The translations under genes and the position numbers were made by a program. Source: Octopus vulgaris (taxonomy: Eukaryota). Taken from it: DNA of 64,000 nt. Of this stretch, positions 1-12,859 are shown piece after piece; within the stretch, counting starts at the first letter, position 1; every line of letters starts with the position of its first letter. The stretch lies in NCBI GenBank assembly GCA_951406725.2, contig OX597822.1, positions 23,126,001-23,190,000 of the forward strand, given 5' to 3'. The notes beneath the pieces were generated by a model that did no database searches, was not told the origin of the DNA, and was given only the letters and a program-made list of their open reading frames with translations.

Positions 1-83
1 AACTTTGTCATTATTAAGCTAGCATTTGGAACATAAATTAACATGAAATTTTTAATGAGAGGCTTGAATTTAAATCACTTTAA

Positions 84-304
84 CCCTTTCGTTACCAACC
101 CGGCCAAAACCAGCTCTGGCCCTGTAGTACAAATGTCTTGTTTCCATAAGTTTTGAATTAAAATCTTCCACCAAACCATAGTCACAATTTATGTTCCCAA
201 CACTAGTTTAATGATAACTAAGTTATTTTACTAAATTCTTTGTTATATTTAACGTAACTGAAAGAAACACAGAGCATCTCAACAGAAATACAGTAACAAA
301 AGGG
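84..304. mobile_element. piggyBac-type (TTAA) MITE, family F, nested in an older F copy
   Basis: TIRs CCCTTTCGTTAC / GTAACAAAAGGG, TTAA on both sides (80-83, 305-308). The flanks (1-79, 309-370) are two halves of a diverged F copy in the opposite orientation. Confidence 0.85.
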
Positions 305-683
305 TTAAAAGAGGAAGTTTGTATTGTAGGACTAAGAGTGGTGTTAGGCAAGTTGATATCAGAAGGTTTACTGACAAAACCCAAGAATTTTATCTCACAC
401 ATGTGCGTGTGCACACACACACACACTGTTTTAACACCAAATTTCCATTCATACTTGCATGAGTTAGACAGAGTTTATTAAGACAGATTTTTATATACAT
501 AAACATAAATGCATGCAAAACTGGGTGGTTAAGGTCTGCTTTGCAACCATGTGCTTTTGGGTTTAGCCACGCTGCATGGCATCAAGAGCAGCCGACTACA
601 AGATTCCCTTCAAAGCATAAAGAGCTGATGTCCTAATAATTCTGTTAGCTTGCCACATTATTATTATTAATAATAATAATGAT

Positions 684-1238
684 AATACCTGATGCAGTAC
701 CAGGCAGTGGCTCTCATGGCTTCTGATCTTAACTGATTGGAAGTGTTATCATGTACATATTTTATCATGGTACAAACGATGGGCAACACCAAATATTCTG
801 CTCAATACCACAGATTTGCTTGTCAGTTGTTTAACCACTTAAGCATGTCCCTTAGTGGCTGACAATATGTGCATCCCCGTCACAAGCAGAAGTAGTGGGA
901 GAGCATCATAGCCATGTGTTGAGAGGAATTCTTTGGGGTTTGGATAATTCACCTCTGGAAATATGGGCATTTCATTCAACATCCTTAAACAACCCTTATT
1001 GAAGAACCTTTTGAGCAGGATGGGCTGCTCGACCTGAAGAAAAACTCTAACTGGGCCTCACCTGCAAGGTCATGCACTGTCTATCTTGATATGAGATCAC
1101 TAGGTCACACACATATGATTGTGATGCATGTGCCTGGTGTACCCTTATCAGATGGGTAGTCATGATGGGTATACTGGGCTTTGTATATTTTACCCCAATG
1201 TCACACACTGTTCTCTCCTTCACTAAAATAATAATAAT
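684..1238 (+). mobile_element. Interspersed retroelement-like repeat, family E, with (AAT)n tail
   Basis: Homologous copies at about 56330-56620 (+) and 57970-58400 (-), all ending in ...CACT(C)AATAATAAT; both are 5'-truncated relative to this copy, as expected for non-LTR retroposition. Confidence 0.75.
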
Positions 1239-1894
1239 CCTTTCTTGCATAGACTCAAGGGCTTGAAATTTTGGGAGGGGTGGGGATAGACAGTTACATT
1301 GGCCTCAGAAGCTCAGCTTGTACTTATTTTATTGACCAGCCAAAAGGATGAAAGACAAAGTCAACTTTAGCAGAATTCAAACTCAAAACAAAGTCAGAAG
1401 AGATGGATGGAGTGGATACTGCCAAAGGCATTCAAGGGCCAGATAGTGGTCATTTGATTTGTTAGTAATAGCAACCAAATCTCTGTAAAAACAAAAGACA
1501 CAAATGATGTAATCTGGAGTATGTCATGCCTCTAACAAGATAGACTGTATTGGCCATGCAGCCAAAGTCAACTTTGCCTTTCATCCTTTCAGGGTCAATA
1601 AAATAAGTACCAATTGAGTACAGGAGTCAATATAATTGACCTAGTCCCTCCCCTGAAATTGCTGGCCTTCTTGTTATTACCACCACCATCATTATTAAGA
1701 CGGCAAGCAGGCAGGATCATTACTGAGTTGGACAAAACACTTAGCAGCATTCCTTCCAGCTCTATGCATTCTGAGTTCAAATCCAGCCAAGATGAACTTT
1801 GCCTTTCATTCTTTTAGGGGGTCAATAAAATAAGTACCAGTTGAGCTTTGTTCCAAATTTGTAACTATTATTATTATTATTATTATTATTATTA

Positions 1895-2145
1895 GGCACG
1901 CCGTGCCGGTGGTACATAAAAAGCACCAACCGATCGTGGCCGTTGCCAGCCTGACCTGGCACCTGTGCCAGTGACACGTAAAAGCACCCACTACACTCAC
2001 AGAGTGGTTGGCGTTAGGAAGGGCATCCAGCTGTAGAAACACTGCCAGATCAGACTGGGCCTGGTGCAGACCCCTGGCTTCCCAGACCCCAGTTGAACCG
2101 TCCAACCCATGCTAGCATGGAAACCGGATGTTAAACGATGATGAT
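1895..2145 (+). mobile_element. SINE-like element family D, (GAT)n tail
   Basis: GTGGTTGGCGTTAGGAAGGGCATCCAGCTGTAGAAAC...CCAACCCATGCTAGCATGGAAA..GTTAAACGATGATG; related copies occur at more than 10 sites in the window. Confidence 0.8.
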
Positions 2146-2519
2146 TATTATTAAGGCAGTGAGCTGGCAGAATCGTTAGCATGTTGGGCAAAATGCTTAG
2201 TGGCATTCTGCCCATCTTTACATTCAAATCTTTGAGCAAAACACTTCCTCTCGCATTGCTCTGCAATCAGTTTAACACCTGATGCATGGTGCACTGTGCA
2301 CGTGTTCAGACAACGTTCATTTGATGGAGAGAGTGAGCTAATATGCGGCGCATACATTTGATCACTATTAACAAATTATCTGTGCAGGTCATTCGACAAA
2401 AGCTGAATGCTTATACGTCGTCTTTGACGAGAGAGCCCATCATCATCATCATTCTTTCCTAACTCGAAGTTGTACTTTAAACGCATCACAGTAAAATGTC
2501 ACTTGAAAAAACCTGACTG

Positions 2520-3260
2520 AAGAAGAAAGTAATGGTGTTGGTGGTAGAGATGTGTAGAAAGTCTATGAAATATAACAGAGATGGTGGTAGTGGTTCTGTT
2601 GGTAATAATGGTGATGGTGGAGGTGGTGGTACAAGTGGTGGCATAGAAAAGTGGTGATGGTTGTGGTTAGAGCAGTTGTCTGTTTAAGATTTAAAGATAT
2701 ATAAGAACAAGGGGTGGAGAGGGGGAAGGTTTGTGGTGGTGATGTTGATAAGGTTTAGGACATGTACATTAAAGACAGTGGTGGTGCCAAAAGCTGGTGT
2801 TAGAAAGAGAGAGAGAGAGAGAGAGAGATGGGGTGGTGAAGACAGTTTTAGTGGAAGTACTGACATGTGAAAATGTGTAAAAATGTAAGAAATAGAATGA
2901 ATGGGGAGAGAGGGAGGAAACTCTGACAAATAAAAAAGAGTGAGGTGCGGGTAGAGAAGATGTAGAAAAGAAGGGGTGGTGGAGGAAATAAATGGTGTAA
3001 CAGAGAGAGGGAAGAGAGTAAGTATTCTGAGAAATAGGGGAGGTAACTGTGGAGAGAGAGAGAGAGAGAAATAGGGAGGAAAGGAGGAGAGCAAGAGGTG
3101 TAGGATGTAGAGATGAAGATCAAACTAATAAAAAAAAAAACCCATTGATATATGTGAGAGGAGGAAAAGATCTAGAAACCAGAGAGAGAGAGACAGAAAG
3201 AGGAGGGAAAAATCTGAATGAAAATATTAGTTCTATTTAGAATCTGCGTGTGTGTGTGTG
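2520..3260. repeat. Low-complexity purine-rich tract with (GGT)n and (AG)n
   Basis: Direct inspection; accounts for spurious ORFs 2684..3094, 2848..3123 and 3049..3240. Confidence 0.85.
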
Positions 3261-5022
3261 ATTGAGTATATACACACAGACAGACAGACATGCAGTTGTT
3301 TCGTTAGTCTTGATCAAGCAGAACCTTGATCAAAAGCATTCCGGCTGCGATAATTCTGTGTTTTATTGAAACAATGTACCTGACATTTATCTACTATTTC
3401 TGTTCATTCTTTTTTAAAGACTGTAAAGTGTGATCTGAAGGGAGTTTAGCTGCTCTTCCTAGCAGAATGAGCAACTACACAGAGGACCTACATTATGGAT
3501 CTTTGACATTGCAGTGATACAGGAGAGAGAGATAGTAAAGCAGGACAGAAAGAGAAAGACAGAAACAAAAACAATACAGAGATTACACTTCTAGACTCTT
3601 CTTTACAATCTTCAATTAATTTAAAGATAATGAAAGCTTTAATGAATTTAACCTAGGAAATCCAAGAATCCCCTCCGGCAACAAGATTCATGCACCATCA
3701 CCACCACCACAAATGCAAGCCCCTGTTTCTATTTAAAGCCAGAAAAAAAATTACAGAAAGAAAAACTATACATGTATATATATATGTATGTAACCTTGTG
3801 AAAAAACAAAAGCTACAGATGTTGAACATCACTTGTGTTGTGTCAGCGACGATGAATGAGGAATGAATTAGTGAGCAAAGAGAATAAGAACATGAAGAAA
3901 CTGGTATCACATGGATGTTTTTTTTATTTATTTTTTGCTTTTGCATGTGACAGCAATTGTTGTTATTGTAGTTGTTACTGTTCTTTCAGGAGACAGCTTT
4001 TCAAAAGCAAACAAACAGGATAGAGATAAGGCTAATTAACTTTAAAGGCAGAACAAGAAAATTTAATCAAAGTGAAGAAAAGTCAAATAAAAAAATCTAA
4101 GATGTGTTAATGATAAATAAGATTTGTTATGGATAAACACACACACATATATATATTATATAGAGGGCATTACTATACATAAATGCCACATGCTAAGAAG
4201 GACTCTTAAAGTCAAAACTTGAATTATGCTTGCACTGAAGATTAAAAAGTGCATTTCTGCACTAATTATGAAATCATGTGATTTGCAGCTGAGGTAGCCA
4301 TGTATCTCCTTTGCTGCAAGACACCTATTTCAATCCCTCTATTCACATACACACACACACACATTCTTTCAGTATCTACTAAATCCACTCACCTGGCTTT
4401 GTCAACCTGGGGCTATAGTAGAAGACACTTGTCCAAAGTGCAAAGCAATGGGACACAACCTGAAACCATGTTAACTTCCAGGAGCTGATAAAATAGATAT
4501 CAGTCAAGTACTGAGTGCAATTAATCCTGTGTTTCTCACGAGATAGGAGCATGGAAGGATTGCCATTGTTAGTTTGTTCATTCATCTTAACACTCCTTTT
4601 TCCATGCTTGCTTGGGTTATATAAATACATATTATTTAAGTATCATTTTATAGCTGGCTGGATGCCTTTCCTGATACTAACCTTTACTTGTTTTCAAGTA
4701 AGGTTGTTTTATTTTGTTGGTTTATTTCACAGGTCAAATACAAAAGCCAGCTTGGTGCTGTGCATGAACAACACCAAAATCTGCAATATGGAAAGGGTTT
4801 AAAGGAATAACCATACTGTATCATCCATTGCACATGTTACTAAGGTAGATCTTAGAGAGAGGGATCCATTTGAAAAAATATCGCAGTTTCCATCTCTACC
4901 CAATGCCAGTACAACCAGCAATGAGCCTGCAACTTATTCTAGGAGGAATGGCATGGGAACACAAAGAATGCATGTCCTGGGTCCCCAAAGTGGGTCCAGA
5001 AGAAAACAAACTATTAACCCAT

Positions 5023-5593
5023 TGGCATTTAAACTGGCCATATCCAACCCAAAATAGTCTACCAGTTTTATGTTCAAACTGTCAAGATCCAGCCTCTTAC
5101 ACCCACCCTACAATGTCATACTAAAAGTAAACATTCACATCAATAATATTTCAAAGTTACAAAATAATCTCTCTATATATAAACGGCAAAATGTCTGTCT
5201 CTGTGTGTGTCCTTTATACAAATCCACAATTTTTCAGTTAGAGGGCTCGCACTTTCTATGGTCATTCAAAACCGTCCAAGGGTGGTTGTGCACATCTTTA
5301 CATTTCCCTAGTCACCCCGCAAAGCCATTAAAAAAAATCAATAGAAGTGACTTTTTTGTGAATTTTCTATCCAAAACCCAATCAAAATGCCCGAAACTTG
5401 ATATGCCAATTGAATGCCAGCTAGCTGTATGTGATTGGTCGGAGATTTGGAAAGTATTCGCGTGTATGTGCGCACACACAGCTGTATATGCATGCACTAG
5501 CACTATGACCCAGCATTGCCGGGTCATAGTGCTAGTGTATGATAAAAATTCAGAACAATGTGAATAAATAAGCATTACATTTAACAGAATAAT
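5023..5593. mobile_element. TTAA MITE family G, split by a Helitron
   Basis: TTAACCCATTGGCATTTAAACTGGCCATATCC... resumes after 5535 as TGTATGAT..AACAATGTGAATAAATAAGCATTACATTT. Related copies at 19888-20247, 25671-25880 and 44985-45160. Confidence 0.7.
5168..5535 (+). mobile_element. Non-autonomous Helitron (family H1)
   Basis: Starts A|TCTCTCTATATATAAA and ends CTAG|T with no TSD; GC-rich subterminal hairpin (GACCCAGCATTGCCGGGTC). Confidence 0.85.
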
Positions 5594-6819
5594 GGTTCCT
5601 TCTAATAGGACCCCACAGAGGAAGTACCTGAGGACTCTATTCCTGTGAGCCTCCAGAAATAGTAGGCAGAGATTAATGAATGGATAGATGAATGGTTGGT
5701 TGTTTTTTATTCCATGTGTCTTCAAAAGCGCAAAGCTAGCAGATAATTTACTGACAGGGAATGAGAAACAATTTCACTGAAGTAACGAAATATTCAAAAT
5801 ACTCAGAAACAAGGGATAGCTGCTGCCACCAATGAATTTACTTTCAAATCCTTTGGAGGGTGGGTGGCTGATGCAGTTTGGTGTGTGGTGACACTTTTAA
5901 AAAGGTCAACAAAGATCGGTACAAACAGTGTTGCATGCAATTAGAGAGGGAAATAAAAGTAATACAAAGACCAAACAGTGTCTAGAAACAAAACAACTAT
6001 TTACCATGTGTCTCACTGTTTACATGACAATTGGTTGATCTGTCACAATAGAACCAAAACACCTGCCTACCCACTCATCCACTCTCATAGTAACTGCTTT
6101 TGTTTTACTACAATTGCTGCTGTTGTTGTTGTTAAGCAACAAGACGGGTAAGGGTGATTAGGTGATGGTCTAGGGCTTAGGGGCGGGAGACCCCAGACCT
6201 TGGAAAAAAAAACTTTGGTTGTCTTGTAGTCGAGGGCTCTTCGTTGACACCCGACACCACTGGGAGGTGGCCCTCAAAGTTGCTGGAAATGGAGATCTCC
6301 AGGTTCAAATTCTTGAATGGCTGCTGCTGCTACTACTGATAATAATAATAATAATAATGACAACAACAATACTTTCTACAATAGGCACAAGGCCTGAAAT
6401 TTTGTGGGAGGGGTGCTTGTCAATTACATCGGCCCCAGTGCTCAACTGATACTTGTTTCATCAACCCTGAAAGGATGAAAGGCAAAGTCGACCTTGGTGG
6501 GATTTGAACACGGAACACAAAGACAGAAGAAATGCTGCTAAGCATTTTGTCCTACATGATGGTGGCATTCATTTACAATTATCACATGAAGTGAAGTCAA
6601 GGAAACAGCAACATTTGACTATGGCCATGCTGGAGCACCACCTTGAAGGGTTTTTAGGTGAATGAGTCAACCCCTCCCAGGACCTATTTTTGAAGCCTGG
6701 TATTTATTCTACCAGTTTATTTTGCTGAGCTGCTAAGTTATGGGGATGTAAACACACTAACACCAGTCAAGTGGTGATGGGGGACAAACACAAACACACA
6801 CATAGATATATACTCTTTT

Positions 6820-7172
6820 CTCTTTACTCTTTTACTTGTTTCAGTCATTTCACTGCGGCCATGCTGGAGCAACGCCTTTAATTGAGCAACTCGACCCTGG
6901 GACTTATTCTTTTGTAAGCCCAGTACTTATTCTATTGGTCTCTTTTGCCGAACCGCTAAGTAACAGGGACATAAACACACCAGCATTGGTTGTCAAGCAA
7001 TGCTAGAGGGACAAACACAGACACACAAACGCATATATATATACATATATACAACAGGCTTCTTTCAGTTTCCGTCTGAAGACACTTGCCCAAGGTGCCA
7101 TGCAGTGGGACTGAACCCGGAACCATGTGGTTAGTAAACAAGCTACTTACCACACAGCCACTCCTGCACCTA
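6820..7172 (-). mobile_element. tRNA-derived SINE family B (internally deleted)
   Basis: Reverse complement of head GGAGTGGCTGTGTGGTAAG...GGTTCAGTCCC, CORE-like CCTTGGGCAAGTG, and tail ...GACTGAAACAAGTAAAAGAG. Confidence 0.85.
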
Positions 7173-8295
7173 TATATACACACACACACACATATACATA
7201 TATGCACACAATGGGCTTCTTTCAATTTCTGGTTGCCAAATCCAGTCACAAAGTTCTGACCAGCCCAGGGCTATAGTAGAAGACACTTGCCTGAGGTGCA
7301 ACACAGTACTGAACCCGAGAGCATATGGCTGGGAAGCAAACTGCTACATACCACACAGCTCCATGTCTGTGCTCTTTCATATATATGTGTGTGTGTGTCA
7401 CTGTTGTACACATGGTACCATTTATTTCCAATTTTCCATGAACATATGTCCGACCATAGGAAAATATTATTTAGCTTGGTGATAGGATGGGTATCAGGCT
7501 GAAGAAAATACTGCCTCAATAAACTTCGTCTGACCCAAGTAGGTTTTGAAATTCATCATCACCTTCAAAAATGATAATTATAATTATTACATAGCAAATT
7601 ATAATTAACGCTATTATCACATATGCCCCCCCAACTGGATTCTGTTAACTGCAGTCTATTAACTTACTAATTAACTTCCATGAAAATGTAAGTTAATTAG
7701 GTTTGAATTACATCATCAACAGCAACCAGACTTCATTTTAATTAATTTCGGAAATATTCGTAACTTTTAGAAGTTTCTGAATAAGACCAAAACAGGTTTA
7801 CATTCTTTTGGTTCTGAATCGTCTCTTGTACTTGACGGTAAATGAAAACAATAACGTTAGTCATTGACTTATATAATTTCTTTTGTTTTGTTTTCGTATT
7901 TGCTCACTGTATGTTTATGTCTGGGTAAAGTTTTAATGCTCCCTACACTGACTATGTCAGCACCAGCCTGTGCAAACAATTTAGTCATTCAATTATCTTC
8001 TCACACCCAAACTAACTAATTTTACTCTAATTCATATAAATCCAGTCTATTATGCATGTATGCATACAGACACACATATTGGCTGCATGGTTAAGAAACT
8101 TGCTTCACGACCATGAGGTTTCAGGTTCAATTCTACTGTATGGCATCTAGGGCAAGTGTCTTCTACAACAGCCTCAGGTCGACCAAAGCCTTGAGTGGAT
8201 TTGATACATGGAAATGTGCAAAGTAAAAACTTATGGTTTCACATTATTACTGATTATTTTCCTTTCACTAAGGTACTAATGCTAGAGACTCAGAA

Positions 8296-8700
8296 AGGTG
8301 GCAAGCTGGCAGAAACATTAGCGCGCCGGGTGAAATGCTAAGCAGTATTTTGTCTGCCGTTATGTTCTGAGTTCAAATTCTGCTGAGGTCGACTTTGCCT
8401 TTCATCCTTTCGGGGTCGATTAAATAAGTACCAGTTACGCACTGGGGTCAATATAATCGACTTAATCCGTTTGTCTATCCTTGTTTGTCCTCTCTGTGTT
8501 TAGCCCCTTGTGGGTAGTAAAGAAATAGGTATTTCGTCTGCCATTACGTTCTGAGTTCAAATTCCGCCAAGGTCAACTTTGCCTTTCATCCTCTCGGGGT
8601 CAATAAATTAAGTACTAGTTACACACTGGGGCCGATGTAATCGACTTAATTCCTTTGTCTGTCCTTGTTTGTCCCCTTGTGGGCAATAAAGAAGAAGAAA
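8296..8700 (+). mobile_element. tRNA-derived SINE family A, head-to-tail dimer
   Basis: A-box-like TGGCAGAAAC, B-box GAGTTCAAATTCC, central GACTTTGCCTTTCATCCTTTCGGGGTCGATAAA..AAGTACCAG (resembles the Meta/MESC-type SINE domain, inferred). Second unit begins at about 8529. Confidence 0.85.
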
Positions 8701-9459
8701 AAAAAGAAAAAGAAAGTTGTATTCGTGTTGTACATGCGTTTATTATCCAGTGATGCTTAGATGTCTCTTTATGGTGACCTCATTTGAGATTTCCTCTACT
8801 GAAAGTGCTAAAGCAATGGAAGATCAATGACATGAGCTGATCTAACCAGCTGGAAGTGCGCAGTAAGTTACAACAGCTGCCACCTATGTCTACGTTTCAA
8901 GCAATACAGATCTGCTACATGACTGAATAGTAATCTAAGAGGCCAGCGACAGTGAATCAGAAATGTTATTGACAATGACGAAACACAAGGAGATGGAAGG
9001 TTCCACGTAAAAAGTATCCAGGACACTTAGAAAGTGGTTGGCTTTAGGAAGGGCATCCAGCTGTAGAAATCATGCCAGAACAGATGATAGAGCCTGGTGT
9101 GGCCCCTGACCACACCAACTCCTGTCAAACCATCTAATCCATGTCAGTATGGAAAACAGACGTTAAAAAATAATGATGATGATGATGCGTGTGTGCATGC
9201 TGATCCATGCATCCCTGTCCTTGTTACTGTCACACAAGCCTTGTTATTCATTTCTAATCTTCTGTGAAAAAAACACGTTCAATTGAGAGGAAATAGTACC
9301 TTGCTTGGAAACCGGTACGAGTTGACAAGAGAAAGGGCATCCAGCCATAGAGAACTTGTCTCAATGAATTCTGTCTGCCGCATGCAAGCATAGAATGAAA
9401 ATGAACATTATAATGATGATAATGATATATTCACCATTCAAACATCTATTCTAAAACAA

Positions 9460-9618
9460 GTAGTTGTGTGGTAAGAAGCTTGCTTCCCAACCACATGGTT
9501 CTGTGTTCAGTCCCACTGCGTGGCACCTTGGGCAAGTGTCTTCTACTATAGCCTTGGGCTGACCAAACCCTTGTGAGTGGATTTGGTAGATGGAAACAGA
9601 AAGAAGCTCACTGTGTGT

Positions 9619-9654
<36 letters not shown>

Positions 9655-9850
9655 ATGTGTGTCTTTGTGTCTCCCACCACCACTTAACTGGTGTCGGTAT
9701 GTTTACATTCATATACCATAGCAGTTTAGCAAAAGAGACTGATAGAATAAGCAGCAGTATTAAAAAAAAAGTACTGGATTCATTTGACTAAAAATTCTTC
9801 AAGGCAGTGCTCCAGCATGGCCAAAGGCTAATGACCAAAACAAGATAAAA
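9460..9850 (+). mobile_element. SINE family B with internal (AG)n
   Basis: Head, CORE-like segment, internal microsatellite and diverged tail are all present. Confidence 0.8.
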
Positions 9851-11497
9851 AATGTGAGCCAGTGGGGATGGGGATCTATATCCTCACTCACTCAGCTAGA
9901 AATAGCAACCAAATCTCCTTTATATTTCTAAAATGATGAAAGGAACATTAGGTCATGTGGTTTAGATAATGAATAGTTCTAGATGCATAGATGCAAGCAT
10001 GGCTGCAATAATTAAGTTCTAGGTTTAATCTCACTTTGTGGCATCTTGGGCCTTTTTGCCATATTTTCTGATTGAACTAAGACTTGTGAGCAAAGCTGAA
10101 TAGATGGAAACTGTGTGGAAGCTTGCTTCATGAATTGTACATATAATTCAACCTTCACATGTTATCATAAGTGGAAAAAAAAATTGTAGAACTAGCTACA
10201 TGAAGACACCAAGACATCCTAATAATTTGCCTGACTTCACTAGCGTCACACCGATCTTTTAATCTTTTACTTGTTTTAATCATTATGCTGTGGCCATGCT
10301 GGGGCACCACTTGAAGAAGTTTAGTTGAACGAATCAACCCCAATACCTATTTTCTTTTTAAAGCCTAGTATTTATTCTATCGACCTCTTTTGCTGAACCA
10401 CAAAGTTACAGGGATGTAAGTATACCAACACCGGCTGTCAAGTAGTGGTGGGGAGACAAACACAAACAGACAGACAGACACACACACACGATGGGCTTCT
10501 TTGAGTTTCCATCTACCAAGTTGTCATGCAAAGGGACTGAACCTGGAACCATGTGGTTGAGAAGCATTTTTCTTCTGCACCCTGTATAGACCATTCAACA
10601 GGTTTCTACATAGTTTCTGGCAACCCAGTTTCACTGACATGGGTTGGGTGGATCAGTGGCAATGGCAAAAAAATCCTTGCTCAAAATGCCGAGCAATGGG
10701 ATTGAACCAGGACAAAGCCTGTGTTGAATACATCACATCTGTGATAATGAAAAACAGAAAATGAAGTGTTAAGGGTGGTGAGAAGGATACAGAGGTGGAA
10801 AAGTAAAAAAAATACAGTTCAGGAAGCACGAGGGAAGGTGTGTGTGTGAGAGAGAGAGAGAGGAATATAGAAGAAGTGAAAAGTGCAGAATAGAATCTGT
10901 GTGTGTGTGTGTGTATGTGTGTGTGCATATAAGCACACACATTGAAATACTGAAAGTGAAAGGAGAGAAGGAAGCACAGAAGATTTCACATAAAAAAAAA
11001 AAACAGAAATAGAAGAAAAGCCACCTGGTTAAGGTACCTGGAGGATTGAAACAGCAGTGGAAATGTCAAAGGTTTCCAACATTTTTTTTTTGAAATCATT
11101 CAGACTGATGGTGGTGGTGGTGTTAAGAGTGATGGGTTGTATATACAACAACCACCCACACAAACACAATACAGAACACAGAGTTTCTATTAATGTCAAT
11201 GGAAGGTTAGCTTCCTGACAGCTCATGATGGGGAAATCCACAGAAGGAGAGACACAAAGAAGGTGAATTCCTCCTCTCTCTCTCTCCTCCCTGCCATCAC
11301 TATTTAACTGATACCTCAAGCTCCACATGCTGGAAACACCGAAATACAATACCAATTATATAACTAACTAGCTGTTGTTGTTGTTGGTGGTGGTGGTGAT
11401 GGTGTAGGCAAATAGTAATGATTGCACTGGTAGTGGTACTCATAGTATTGGTGGTGGTAGTGCTGCTATTGGTGTAGTACTGGTATTTGTGGTGGAA

Positions 11498-11728
11498 GGC
11501 AGTGAGCTGGTAGAAACATTAGCACGCCGGGCAAAGTGCTTAGCAGTATTTCGTCTGCTGTTATGTTCTGAGTTCAAATTCCGCCGACTTTGCCTTTCAT
11601 CCTTTTGGGGTCGATAAATTAAGTACCAGTTATGCACTGGGGTTGATGTAATCGACTTAATCCGTTTGTCTGTCCTTGTTTGTCCCCTCTGTGTGTAGCC
11701 CCTTGAGGGTAGTAAAGAAATAGATATT
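11498..11728 (+). mobile_element. SINE family A monomer
   Basis: Full head through ...GGGTAGTAAAGAAATAG; inserted in a (GGT/AGT)n low-complexity tract. Confidence 0.85.
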
Positions 11729-12083
11729 TGTGGTGGTTACTTGTGTAGTGGTATTGGTGATGGTAGTAGTACTGATATTATTGGTAGTTGTGGTATCGAT
11801 GGTATTGTTGATGGTGGGGAGAGTAGAAATAGTACTGGCACTGGTCGTGGCAGTAGTAGTACTAACAATGGTGGTGGTAGTTGTAGTAGTATTGGTGGCA
11901 GTAGTAGTGTGGATATTGGTGGTGCTAGTAGTACTGGTAACAGTGGTGATTGTGGTGACGCTGAGGCTGGATGCCAGTACTGCGAAGTTCCAATCAGAAC
12001 TAATTCTAACTTATTTAAACTCAGAAGCAGCAAAACAACACAAAATATTTTCCAATAATCATCAAACCACTTCTGAGTGTGTG

Positions 12084-12140
<57 letters not shown>
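11729..12140. repeat. Cryptic (GGT/AGT)n trinucleotide tract followed by a (TG)n microsatellite
   Basis: Direct inspection; (TG)n at about 12077-12140. Confidence 0.85.
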
Positions 12141-12142
<2 letters not shown>

Positions 12143-12859
12143 GATGATGTGATAGTGGGTGCATAAATCTAGCACTTTTGTTGCTATATTTCTCTTGAAA
12201 TATATTGCCTCTGTTTCAATTAATTTCGAAAATAATGAAGAATTTAGTAAAATAATATTAAGCTTGTGTTTGGAACATAAATTAACACGGAATTTTGATG
12301 GAAGGTTTTAATTTAAATCACTTTAGAAGAGGAAGTTTGTACCATAGATTTTGCAGTGGTCTCAGGTGAGATGGTATCGAAAAGAAAACCGATTAAATTA
12401 AAATTTTGACTGAAATTTCATTATTACTTGAACGATATTAGATTTCAATTGGAAAACATTTGTCTTTCATTATTAAATTGAAAATTAGTTACTTCGCTAA
12501 ACCTCTCATACATAATTCTTCATTATTTGCAAACTGAAAACCTGAAAAGCATCATATTCTTGTTAGAAATATGTTCGCTTTAAGAGAAGGAGCAAAAGCC
12601 TAAGGTAAAAATCCTGGATAAACATTGTGCTGTACTATAGATTCTTTGCCTAGATCGTTGGTGATGCCGATCCTGCTTTAAAACACACTAGTCACACTTC
12701 TGTGAATAACAGTTCATTGACAATTTTCTCATTCTGAATTTGGGACCATTCCAAAGAGGTTTTATATTTTAAGATCAACATATGTCAGAGATTGAATGGA
12801 GTTCATCATGGCAAATTTTATATGGTTGAATTCTCTTCCTGTCATCAACTCTCACCTGT

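Noticed and set aside
5070-5725. ORFs of 165 and 137 aa
   Set aside because: They span a non-autonomous Helitron and a MITE, with no Rep/helicase or transposase motifs.
11037-11330. Possible alternative first exon (MLETFDISTAVSILQ|gtacct) on the minus strand
   Set aside because: The donor would be phase 0 while the next MTSS exon needs phase 1, and there is no homology. It cannot be excluded as a UTR exon.
11730-12143. Overlapping ORFs of 137, 105 and 98 aa (poly-Val; Gly/Ser-rich; Pro/Leu-rich)
   Set aside because: Products of a (GGT/AGT)n cryptic repeat and (TG)n; open in several frames with no domain or splice support.
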